A stretch of DNA of 64,000 bases, from the NCBI GenBank assembly GCA_964492195.1, contig CAZBJL010000004.1, positions 3,621 through 67,620 on the forward strand, in the 5' to 3' direction. Below, piece by piece: positions 56,043 through 64,000 of the stretch (position 1 is its first letter; the number at the start of each line of letters is the position of its first letter). The position numbers were made by a program, and so were the translations under genes. The notes under the pieces are model-generated. The model saw only the letters and a list, made by a program, of their open reading frames with translations. It did no database searches and was not told where the DNA came from. The stretch is from an uncultured Candidatus Saccharibacteria bacterium. Lineage in GTDB: Bacteria > Patescibacteriota > Minisyncoccia > Phycocordibacterales > DATGWK01.

Positions 56043-57830
56043 CTACGATAGAGTAGCTTTGATTCTCCTCACACCTGCAGACACGGCTTCTTCTTTTGCG
56101 ATTGTGAAAGTACCAAGTTCACTCGTACGTGTCACATGCGGGCCACCACAGATTTCTCTGCTGAAAATTCCCGTTTCTTCATTGCCAATTGTATAGACAC
56201 GAACAATATCTGCGTATTTTGCACCAAACACACCTTCGGCATTGAGTTCGCGTGCTTCCTGAAGCGGCATTTCTTTGAACGTAACTTCGAGGTCCTTCGC
56301 GATCACTGAATTAATAAGACCCTCAACTTCTTTCTTCTCAATATCAGTTAGTTTGGCGGTGTGGGCAAAATCAAATCGAAGCCGTTCAGGTGTAATGTTG
56401 CTTCCCTTTTGTTCAACATGACTTCCCAATACTTTTTTTAGAGCAGCGTTTAAAAGATGGGTTGCGGTGTGGTACTGAACAGATTTTTCACTTGTATCAG
56501 CAAGACCGCCTTTGAATTTTTGTTCGGAACTAGAGCGAGAAAGATCCTGGTGTTTCTTAAATTCATCATCGATTGCCGCAACATCAACAGTAATTCCCTG
56601 TTCTTTGGCCAATTCAATCGTAAGATCAACCGGAAAACCGAAACTTGAGAACAACGTGAAAACTTCTTTAGTAGAAATTGCGCCATTTCGAGACAATTTC
56701 GAAAATTCTTTAAGACCACCTGCGAGAGTTTTTCTGAATTTTATTTCTTCTTCAGAAATAACAGAAATAATTAGGTCAAAAACAGCAGAAATATTTTCGT
56801 AGACCTGTGCGTATGTTTTTGGAATAGTTTCAGCGATTTTTAAGATTCCACCTTCTTCTATTCCAAGGCTATCAGCAAATCGAACTGCTCTTCGGAGAAG
56901 ACGGCGAAGAATATAGCCCCGATCAGTGTTAGAAGGAGTAACTCCATCGGCAATCATAAAAACACTCGTACGAATATGGTCGGCGACGATTCTTTCAACA
57001 CGAATATCACTTTTTTGTGCCAATGCGCGAACTGCTTCAATAGTAGGAGCGAGCAAATCTGTTTCAAAAATACTGTCGACGTTTTGCATAATAATTGCGA
57101 GACGTTCGAGACCAGCTCCGGTGTCGACATTTTTCTGCTTCAATTTTCCAACGAGTACACCGTCCCGTTTCTCGTATTCCATAAAGACGTCGTTCCAAAT
57201 CTCTACAATTTTTTGTTCAGAATCAGCTTTGTTAAAAGCGTCAACATTTTCTAATTCACCAACGGTTCCGGTAATGTCGTAAAACATTTCGGTGCTTGGT
57301 CCGGTAGGGCCGGTCCACGTATCTTTTCCTTTTACAGACGGCCACCAGTTTGAATCCACACCTTTATAGAAAATTCGACTTTGTGGCAAACCAGCTTTCA
57401 TCCAAAGAGCAACAGACTCATCATCTCGTGGAATTTTTTCATCTCCTTCAAAAACAGTCACATACAGACGCGCAGGATCGAGTCCAAGACCTTCGGTTTT
57501 TGATGTTAAAAATTCATAACTCCACGCAATTGCTTCTTCTTTGAAATAACTGCCAAGAGACCAGTTTCCAAGCATTTCAAAAAAGGTGGCGTGAGTTTTG
57601 TCACCAATGTCTTCGATATCCGTCGTTCGAACGCATTTCTGAACATCGACAATTTTGTCGCCGTTTGGGTGTTTTTCACCCATAAGGTATGGCACGAGCG
57701 GCTGCATGCCGGCAGTATTAAAAAGGACGCTTGGGTCATTAACCGGGACAAGCGATGCGGATGGAATAATCGTATGCCCACGATTCTCAAAAAAAGTAAG
57801 GAATCGTTTTCTGATTTCGGACGATGTCAT
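56043..57830 (-). CDS. alaS: Alanine--tRNA ligase (lacks the C-Ala domain)
   Basis: FFEMLGNWS, EIWNDVF, DTGAGLER, HTATHLL, RFDF and CGGPHV motifs; ends at GVRRIKA. Confidence 0.95.
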   Translation of the reverse strand: MTSSEIRKRFLTFFENRGHTIIPSASLVPVNDPSVLFNTAGMQPLVPYLMGEKHPNGDKIVDVQKCVRTTDIEDIGDKTHATFFEMLGNWSLGSYFKEEAIAWSYEFLTSKTEGLGLDPARLYVTVFEGDEKIPRDDESVALWMKAGLPQSRIFYKGVDSNWWPSVKGKDTWTGPTGPSTEMFYDITGTVGELENVDAFNKADSEQKIVEIWNDVFMEYEKRDGVLVGKLKQKNVDTGAGLERLAIIMQNVDSIFETDLLAPTIEAVRALAQKSDIRVERIVADHIRTSVFMIADGVTPSNTDRGYILRRLLRRAVRFADSLGIEEGGILKIAETIPKTYAQVYENISAVFDLIISVISEEEIKFRKTLAGGLKEFSKLSRNGAISTKEVFTLFSSFGFPVDLTIELAKEQGITVDVAAIDDEFKKHQDLSRSSSEQKFKGGLADTSEKSVQYHTATHLLNAALKKVLGSHVEQKGSNITPERLRFDFAHTAKLTDIEKKEVEGLINSVIAKDLEVTFKEMPLQEARELNAEGVFGAKYADIVRVYTIGNEETGIFSREICGGPHVTRTSELGTFTIAKEEAVSAGVRRIKATLS

Positions 57831-57852
57831 GGAAGCATTATACGTGGCCTCG

Positions 57853-58479
57853 CTATACAAGAGAAGCGATGACTGCAAAATCTTTTTTAAGCCCCCCTTT
57901 TGTACCACCGTTATACAGAGCCACCGCTGGATGGTAGAGTGGAACAATTTTTACTTTTCCGTATGAAACAGTGGCTTCATAAATCTTGCCATGAGCCTGG
58001 GAAATCGGCAGGATTTCAGATTCAAGACCGAATTTTTTCATAATATATACCATCGAAAAACGCCCAAGCGTTGCAATTACTCTTGGCTTAATAATGTCGA
58101 TCTGACGGTCCAAAAATGGTCCGTAGAGTGCAATTTCATCTGGAAGTGGATCACGATTATTTGTCGGTCGATCCTTCACAATATTTGTTACATACACTGA
58201 TCCGCGCGGCATATTGATAGAAGCAAGAAGTTCATCCAAAATTCTACCCGACGCGCCGCAAAATGGCCGGCCGGTTTCAGCTTCATTTTTACCAGGAGCT
58301 TCGCCTATAAACATTATTTTTGCGAAATGGTCGCCTTCCCCAATTACAGGATGTGCCTTGTTTGCAATTCTCTCCTTATACAGTGGCGATACAGAAAAAT
58401 TTAATACGTCATCTTTCACTTGCTTCATACGCTCGTGACGATTTTCTACGTCTTTAGTTTGTTCGAGTTCGGACGTCAT
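57853..58479 (-). CDS. Uracil-DNA glycosylase, family 4-like
   Basis: IGEAPG..E..TGRPF.G.SG, TNIVK.RP..NRDP, TLGR and YHPA motifs. Confidence 0.9.
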   Translation of the reverse strand: MTSELEQTKDVENRHERMKQVKDDVLNFSVSPLYKERIANKAHPVIGEGDHFAKIMFIGEAPGKNEAETGRPFCGASGRILDELLASINMPRGSVYVTNIVKDRPTNNRDPLPDEIALYGPFLDRQIDIIKPRVIATLGRFSMVYIMKKFGLESEILPISQAHGKIYEATVSYGKVKIVPLYHPAVALYNGGTKGGLKKDFAVIASLV

Positions 58480-58482
58480 ACA

Positions 58483-58758
58483 TTACTTTTTTCCAGAATT
58501 GGCTTTTTCTTTTCTTAAAATTTCTCTTTTGACTTCCATTCCGCCACGATTGTACCCGCCCATGCCGCCATCAGACCGAACAACACGATGGCATGGAATG
58601 TGTGGATCGTAGTTTGTTTTAAGAATACTTCCGACTGCACGATATGCTTTTGGCCGACCAGCCTTTTCTGCCACCAGTTTATATGTAAGCGTCTTACCTT
58701 CAGGAATTTTTCTTACGATTGCAAAAACTTTTTCTACAAATGGTGAAGTTGATTTCAT
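58483..58758 (-). CDS. O6-alkylguanine-DNA alkyltransferase, single domain
   Basis: IP.G...TY, RAVG and IPCHRVV (active Cys) motifs; 91 aa. Confidence 0.88.
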   Translation of the reverse strand: MKSTSPFVEKVFAIVRKIPEGKTLTYKLVAEKAGRPKAYRAVGSILKTNYDPHIPCHRVVRSDGGMGGYNRGGMEVKREILRKEKANSGKK

Positions 58759-58762
58759 GAAC

Positions 58763-59614
58763 TTAGAAAAGTGGTTGATTTGAATCCTTAATTTTTTTCA
58801 CATTTTTGGGAACTGATTTTGTTTTCGGCTTTTTAGTTTCAGAGTGAGGAGTTATTTCTGGTAATCCAGCTTCGCTCTCAACAAGAATAATATATGAACA
58901 ATATTCGCAATCACTATTGCCTGTGGGAATTTTTTCAGACATCAAACACTCTTTAATATCGTGCAGCGTTTGATCAATCCACCCATCATTGCCTTCGTAG
59001 GGAATAACAGCAACATCAAATTCTAGTTTGCCATCGAACGCTTCCTTGTCCGTTTTGCCGTTTACATATACAAAATACCCAACATTAGAAACCTTGAAAT
59101 CATTCTGCCTAAAAAGCCATTGGTATATTTCCATTTGGCGTTTATATTGAATTTTCCACTCATCATCAAGCGTAATTTTGCCTTCTTTACTTGTTGCTTT
59201 GTAGTCAACGATAATTAATTCGCCGGAAGGAGTAACCCAGACATCATCAATACCTCCGCGGATAAAAAGATTGGTTGGTTTGTGGAGGGTCGCAATACCG
59301 CGTTTGAGAGCATCGCGCCACTCCTCCATTCTTTCATGCTTAAAAGGTACTGCATCAATCTTGTACGCTTTCATTAATGGATGAGCAGCTTGCTTTGTTC
59401 GATACACGTCGAATTCCTTTTTGAGAAGTAAATCGACAGCGCTGTTGAGAGCGAACGGTGGACCTTTCGGACGCGAAACACCTCTACAGCTATCGAGATA
59501 AAAACATCGCTGACACTGCGTAAAAAGCTCGATTTTTGTGCGGCTTAATTTGAATGGATCTTTTGATTTTCTGTCAAAAAGGTACCATTGTCTCTTTTTT
59601 GCAGGAAACGGCAT
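58763..59614 (-). CDS. PD-(D/E)XK nuclease, Cas4/AddB-like
   Basis: LSRTKIELF.QCQRCFY, GGIDD, IVDYK, QMEIY and DCEYC motifs. Confidence 0.85.
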   Translation of the reverse strand: MPFPAKKRQWYLFDRKSKDPFKLSRTKIELFTQCQRCFYLDSCRGVSRPKGPPFALNSAVDLLLKKEFDVYRTKQAAHPLMKAYKIDAVPFKHERMEEWRDALKRGIATLHKPTNLFIRGGIDDVWVTPSGELIIVDYKATSKEGKITLDDEWKIQYKRQMEIYQWLFRQNDFKVSNVGYFVYVNGKTDKEAFDGKLEFDVAVIPYEGNDGWIDQTLHDIKECLMSEKIPTGNSDCEYCSYIILVESEAGLPEITPHSETKKPKTKSVPKNVKKIKDSNQPLF

Positions 59615-59620
59615 GTAAAA

Positions 59621-60451
59621 TTAAATATTGTTTACTTCCTCAACTATTTTTTCTGCACGATCTTTTGGTAAACCAGCATCTATGAGGATTGAGGTGTTAT
59701 TGCGAATTTGTTTGCAGAGCACAATTCCTTGTTGAAGGAGCGATTTCAATTCCCCACTATGGATTTCAGTAAGACACGTAATGGGCATGAGGTCACCGTC
59801 TTCGATCATAGATTGCAAACTTACGTCACCCGGATAATTCCAGCCGATCATTGTCATGTTTTTGCAGAGTCCGTATTCGATCGCAGTGGAAGTAAAACCA
59901 GTGTTGGTGATTAGCCACGCTTCGTTCAGTGTTCGGCGTTTATTGCCGTAAAAATGCGTCACTTCAAGCAAATCATCGAATCTTGCCTTTACGTAAAGCG
60001 CAACCTTCAAATCGCATTTCATTCCACGCTGATTGTGAAATTTTGCTTCACACATAATAAGTTTTTTATCGTTCCAGGCAACAACGTCAACTTCATGCTC
60101 AACACAACCACCTTTCACAATTTGATTTGTTTCCGCAGAATAGCCTTGGCTTCTAAAAATTTCAGCGACATACTTTTCAAATGGAAATCCGGAAGGACCA
60201 AGAGCAGAAACGGCTTGTCGCATTCCGTATCGATATGAAGCAGGAGTTTGAAATTTATGCAAAAGGAAAAAGGCGTGTTTGTAGATTTGGGCGGTCGTCG
60301 TACCATCCACTAATTCCTTTTGAACGTGGTCGATGATTTTACTAACAATTTCAGGACTTGCTTTCGCCGCTGTAAGCGATTTCTCGAGCTTACTTGGGTC
60401 AAACTGTTCCAATTGGCCATTGGCCTTCAAAACATTCGGTATATTGGTCAT
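59621..60451 (-). CDS. ATP-cone domain fused to an Mrr-like restriction endonuclease domain
   Basis: VLKANG..EQFD.SKL..SL..A (ATP cone); GFPFEKYVAEIF, EVDVVA, EAKFH and ITNTGFT..A..Y (PD-(D/E)XK). Confidence 0.8.
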   Translation of the reverse strand: MTNIPNVLKANGQLEQFDPSKLEKSLTAAKASPEIVSKIIDHVQKELVDGTTTAQIYKHAFFLLHKFQTPASYRYGMRQAVSALGPSGFPFEKYVAEIFRSQGYSAETNQIVKGGCVEHEVDVVAWNDKKLIMCEAKFHNQRGMKCDLKVALYVKARFDDLLEVTHFYGNKRRTLNEAWLITNTGFTSTAIEYGLCKNMTMIGWNYPGDVSLQSMIEDGDLMPITCLTEIHSGELKSLLQQGIVLCKQIRNNTSILIDAGLPKDRAEKIVEEVNNI

Positions 60452-60460
60452 GTTTTTATT

Positions 60461-61456
60461 TTACCTTAAATAGAGTTGTTTGTTTTTCACATGTTCAGAA
60501 AATGTCGAAGCATAATGCATCTTCCCCGCACCATCTGACAAGAAATAGTAATACGTGGTTTTCTCTGGGGTAATTGTCGCAAGGATAGAATCAAGTCCTG
60601 GATTCGCAATCGGTGTTGGCGGAAGCCCAGGATTTTTGTAGACGTTATACGGAGAATCATCAGCAAGGTCAGCTCGGGTAAGTTCCGCGGTTGTTTTGCC
60701 GTTAATGTATTTAAACGCAACATCAACTTGAAGAGGCATTCCTTCATCAATTCGTTTCCAGAGAATACCAGCAATAATTCGTCGAGTTTCGAAATCTCGC
60801 GCTTCAGTTTCGACAATCGACGCCATCGTAATAATGTCATCCACACTTTTTCCAAATTCTATAATTTCTTTTTCGTGAAGTTTTATATGAACGTCAAAAT
60901 TAACTTTCATGGTTTCGATCGCTTTTTTCGATGTCACGTTTGGAGCAAAAAAGTATGTGTCTGGAAATAAATACCCTTCCGGAGCGGTCAGAAGAAACGT
61001 TTCAATATCAAAATGAGGCAAACGACGGACAAGCAACTGCCCAATTTCAAATTTATTAAGACCTTCCGGGATCGTAATTTTTACGGGCTGTATGTTGAAT
61101 TTGCCGTGCACAACTCTCTCGGCAATAGAATACGCGGACAGCGGCTTCTCAAACATATAATCCCCTGCAATAACTCCAGAACCTTCAAGAAAAATACCAC
61201 CGACAATGGCCTCAAAAGCTAATTCGGAGCGAATATATCCTTTTGATCTCAAGGATTTTGCAATTTCTGAAAGAGTCTGGCCACTTTCTATTGTAAAAAT
61301 TTCATCGGATGTAAACGCATCGGACGGAGCGATCAGAAAATAAAGCACGATACATACGAGAAACAGAGCAAAAACCACGCCAACAAATATCTGAAAGCGA
61401 GAAGATACTCTGAAATCCCGGTACGACTGAAATTGATTCATGAGTCGATCCATCAC
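60461..61456 (-). CDS. mltG: Endolytic transglycosylase MltG
   Basis: TIPEG, EGYLFPDTY, ASIVE.E, LQVD, SPYN.Y..PGLPPTPI and YYYF motifs. Confidence 0.93.
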   Translation of the reverse strand: MMDRLMNQFQSYRDFRVSSRFQIFVGVVFALFLVCIVLYFLIAPSDAFTSDEIFTIESGQTLSEIAKSLRSKGYIRSELAFEAIVGGIFLEGSGVIAGDYMFEKPLSAYSIAERVVHGKFNIQPVKITIPEGLNKFEIGQLLVRRLPHFDIETFLLTAPEGYLFPDTYFFAPNVTSKKAIETMKVNFDVHIKLHEKEIIEFGKSVDDIITMASIVETEARDFETRRIIAGILWKRIDEGMPLQVDVAFKYINGKTTAELTRADLADDSPYNVYKNPGLPPTPIANPGLDSILATITPEKTTYYYFLSDGAGKMHYASTFSEHVKNKQLYLR

Positions 61457-61458
61457 AT

Positions 61459-62688
61459 TTAAATCGGCAAATTAGCTGGAGCTTCGCTTTTCTTAGAACC
61501 AATTTTAGTAAGAGTTGGAGTACCAACAACCTTGCCTGGCAAATGGAAGATAGTCGCGATTTCTTCTGTCGTAAGGATGAACGGTTTAGCCATGATGTAT
61601 TTGTATGGAATCTGGAAGAAAGATCGGAGTTTGTAGGCATTGAGAAGGCTTATTTCGCGCGCACGCTGGCGATGCTGACGGAAATCCTGCCACGGGTAAT
61701 CGAAACCAGTTCCGCCTCCTATCCTGATTTCATTCAAAGACTGGGATCCGTATTGCCTAAAACTACCAATAAGCCCGGTAATACCGATAGGGTCAAATGC
61801 ATCCTTTCTCGCAATATAAAAACCCCTGATTCCAACTTCAAAAGGTAGCTTCGATAAGCTTCGTTCCAATGCAGCGATAACATCTTTCTCACCAGAAGTT
61901 GGGGCGCGTTTTCCAGCTCCTTCATCATCCCCACCACTAATGTCTTCTATCTTCTTTTTGATTTCTTTTTTGGCCTTGTCCGTCCAATCAGGCCTTGCAA
62001 ACACAGCGTCGTCTTTCACACTCATTTTTCGATGAGCCTGAATCAAAATTTGAATCCAAACCTGCTCTCCGGCTTTAATGCTGCCTAAAAATTCCAACAC
62101 AGACGACATTGGATCAATTTTTGACTCTTCTTCTTGCTCCTTATCCAAACCATAGTCGATATATGTTTTTATTGGATAAATATCAGGCTTTTTTAATTTA
62201 AACGTTAGACCAACAAGAGACATCTCGCTTGGATCAACAAAAACTTTTTTGGTGTAGTCTTCAGTTTCGTAGATTTCAACACCCGGATATTGAGCGTAAA
62301 ATTGGGATTCAATTAATTGTCTGAATCTTGGCTGGGTCCAGATAAAAAAACGAACATTTCCTTCAATGGAAACTATTTCGAGAGAAAACCACGGTCTATA
62401 TTTCCCCTTCACAAATGTAGAAAGATAATCACTCGCACCTCCTTGAAACAGGGAGGTAATAATCATTTCCATTGCCGCAGGAGATTTAAACACGTCGCGG
62501 GGCAGTTTTATTTCAAGCAAAATACCACCGGCTTTCACTATTGCATTTGTCCGAACATATTTAAGCCAGATGGATATAAACATTCCAAGAAGCAATATCG
62601 GGAGCCACACTGGTGACGTTTGAAACAAAAGATGTATAACGACACCTAAAAAATTGGGTCTAAATGCAGGGAGAAGATCATTGAGCAT
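61459..62688 (-). CDS. Conserved membrane-anchored protein resembling the non-ATPase module associated with VirD4/TraD-like coupling proteins
   Basis: TM, LLEIKLPR...SPAAME, FSLEIVS, IESQFYAQYP..EI, YPIKTY, DPMS, WIQILI and ILTTEEIATIFHLP. Family recognition is from memory. Confidence 0.5.
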   Translation of the reverse strand: MLNDLLPAFRPNFLGVVIHLLFQTSPVWLPILLLGMFISIWLKYVRTNAIVKAGGILLEIKLPRDVFKSPAAMEMIITSLFQGGASDYLSTFVKGKYRPWFSLEIVSIEGNVRFFIWTQPRFRQLIESQFYAQYPGVEIYETEDYTKKVFVDPSEMSLVGLTFKLKKPDIYPIKTYIDYGLDKEQEEESKIDPMSSVLEFLGSIKAGEQVWIQILIQAHRKMSVKDDAVFARPDWTDKAKKEIKKKIEDISGGDDEGAGKRAPTSGEKDVIAALERSLSKLPFEVGIRGFYIARKDAFDPIGITGLIGSFRQYGSQSLNEIRIGGGTGFDYPWQDFRQHRQRAREISLLNAYKLRSFFQIPYKYIMAKPFILTTEEIATIFHLPGKVVGTPTLTKIGSKKSEAPANLPI

Positions 62689-62726
62689 GATTTATTATAA
62701 CAAATTACGGTATATGCCTATACAAA

Positions 62727-62756
62727 ACAATCCCCTGATTTCTCAAGGGATTGTTA
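62727..62756. terminator. Terminator downstream of the sigma4-like gene
   Basis: AACAATCCC-CTGATTTCTCAA-GGGATTGTT, with a T-run on the minus strand. Confidence 0.7.
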
Positions 62757-62780
62757 AATCTATTCACAAAGAGGCTGTAT

Positions 62781-63830
62781 TTAAGCTAACGAGTACCGAT
62801 TCTGTTTGTCTTTTTTGAAGAATTTTGAATTCTGGAGGTTCACAAGAATGGTGTTTGGTTTCACGTATCGTTCCGTAAGTACCTTCTCAATGATTTTTTC
62901 CTTTGTAAGCGGACCATCCTTTTCGAGAATCTTTTTGATGACGTCTTTTACAACACCGCTCATATATCCCCACTCTGCGAGCGCATAGAGACCACGACCA
63001 ACAAGAACAAAACGAGGATCTTTAATGAGTTCGTTGTGTGTTGTTGCAACGTGCGCTTTTTTATTGAACACTTCTGTGATCAAACGAGCAACTTCACGGA
63101 AATGAATTGGAGAACCATGCTTTCGAATAACGAGAAACGCGTAATCTCGAACACCACGAGCATTGATGTTTGAAGATCCTGATTTACCCCATTCACCGAG
63201 CGGGTTTTTATTCAAAGACTTTGACATCCAGAGCCAACGCTTGATGACTTCTTCATTTTTGTACTCTTCGGAAACGTCTTTAATGTAAGAAAGGAATGAT
63301 TCGATGATTGTTGATTCTGGAACGATCGCATCGTCGTCGAGATCACTGTAAATCTTTCGGAGTGTTTCGTGAATTTTTTCGGCAAGCTTGTTGTCGATAT
63401 GCCAATGAGTTTTGAACTCTTCGTCTTCTTTATATTTTTTGAAATCTTCACCAACAACAAGGAGGAAATGAGTATGGTTTTGAGTAGATTTATCAGAAGA
63501 AAATTTATTTAAGAGGTCGTGCTCGGAAAGTACGCCACCAAGTCCAGAAAGATGCTGTTTCAATTCCTGAAACGCCTTCGTTTCTTTTTCGTACTCTTTT
63601 GATTTTCGAATATTGGTAATCGAGTGGTTTTCAATCTGACGAACTCGCTCACGAGTGATGCCGTATTTTTTACCAATTGATTCGAGTGTCATTTTCTTTG
63701 TTTCGGTACCGAGACCGTAACGGCTTGAAACAACATCGCGTCCGCGCTCAGAGAGAACTCCGAGTAAACGTTTCGTTACCTGCTTTGGATTAAATGACGG
63801 TGTTATTTGTTTTGTTTTCTTTTCACTCAT
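62781..63830 (-). CDS. Sigma70 region-4 HTH protein with C-terminal winged-HTH (HARE-HTH/RNAP delta-like) domains
   Basis: LSERGRDVV..RYGL...MTLESIG..YGITRERVRQIE and HNELIKDPRFVLVGRGLYALAEW; no sigma region 2. Promoter TTGACT-17-TAAAAT at 63865-63893. Confidence 0.75.
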   Translation of the reverse strand: MSEKKTKQITPSFNPKQVTKRLLGVLSERGRDVVSSRYGLGTETKKMTLESIGKKYGITRERVRQIENHSITNIRKSKEYEKETKAFQELKQHLSGLGGVLSEHDLLNKFSSDKSTQNHTHFLLVVGEDFKKYKEDEEFKTHWHIDNKLAEKIHETLRKIYSDLDDDAIVPESTIIESFLSYIKDVSEEYKNEEVIKRWLWMSKSLNKNPLGEWGKSGSSNINARGVRDYAFLVIRKHGSPIHFREVARLITEVFNKKAHVATTHNELIKDPRFVLVGRGLYALAEWGYMSGVVKDVIKKILEKDGPLTKEKIIEKVLTERYVKPNTILVNLQNSKFFKKDKQNRYSLA

Positions 63831-63917
63831 GATTTTTAATCGGCCTTTAATATAATTACGACAAATTTTACTATCATTGCTGAAATTAGTCAATACGTCT
63901 TGACATAAAGGCAAAAT

Positions 63918-64000
63918 TTAGCCAATTACGAAGTTAATCAACTTATTTTTAACAAAAATCACCTTCTTGATTGTGGCTCCATTAAGCCATTTTTTTACAT
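63918..64000 (-). CDS. leuS: C-terminal fragment of leucine--tRNA ligase (gene starts beyond the window)
   Basis: ...VKKWLNGATIKKVIFVKNKLINFVIG* matches the LeuRS C-terminal KxIxVxxKLxNxV signature. Confidence 0.75.
   Translation of the reverse strand, partial: VKKWLNGATIKKVIFVKNKLINFVIG

Noticed and set aside
58763-59614. CRISPR-Cas locus suggested by the Cas4-like gene
   Set aside because: No repeat-spacer array and no cas1/cas2 or effector genes in the window.
1832-63460. Many long antisense or shadow ORFs (e.g. 1832-2386, 8482-9114, 30348-30911, 39219-39779, 52214-52702)
   Set aside because: They overlap well-supported conserved genes and lack motifs, as expected from codon structure.
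2332-63914. Long N-terminal extensions in the ORF track (mreB 2332, yqeY 22882, 29987, 35565, trpS 44760, alaS 57947, 63914)
   Set aside because: The extensions overlap neighbouring genes or promoters, and downstream ATGs match family N-termini and -10 spacing.
1-64000. Stop-codon reassignment (code 25) as in some CPR lineages
   Set aside because: Conserved genes are full length in code 11, and TGA terminates holB, recR and others at the expected positions.

Overview
This is a gene-dense, AT-leaning chromosomal segment in standard code 11. Gene content and protein styles point to a Patescibacteria/CPR organism (Parcubacteria-like); the taxonomy is an inference. Most of it is housekeeping: priA (partial), murA, two mreB paralogs, mreC/mreD-like/PBP2, a split dcw cluster, seven aminoacyl-tRNA synthetase genes (one partial), recR, dnaB, scpAB, grpE-dnaK-dnaJ, the alpha ribosomal operon, tRNA-Glu(CTC), a glycoside-hydrolase/EamA operon and a DNA repair/nuclease cluster. 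I found no CRISPR array, integrase, transposase or rRNA. Main unexplained signals: (1) a roughly 375-nt ORF-less transcription unit at 3590-3967 with its own promoter and terminator and a 17-bp long-range helix, a candidate large ncRNA; (2) a palindromic dif-like 28-bp site at 31872-31899, inside a larger inverted repeat where gene orientation converges; (3) a structured, riboswitch-like leader at 45308-45405; (4) a PilM/FtsA-like actin paired with a membrane-anchored baseplate-J-like protein; (5) an ATP-cone/restriction-nuclease fusion clustered with a Cas4-like nuclease, a minimal alkyltransferase and a cysteine-less family-4 UDG; (6) widespread leaderless housekeeping genes versus Shine-Dalgarno-led orphan genes; (7) an unannotated 35-aa membrane peptide heading the sugar operon. 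All assignments were made by eye and no database searches were run.
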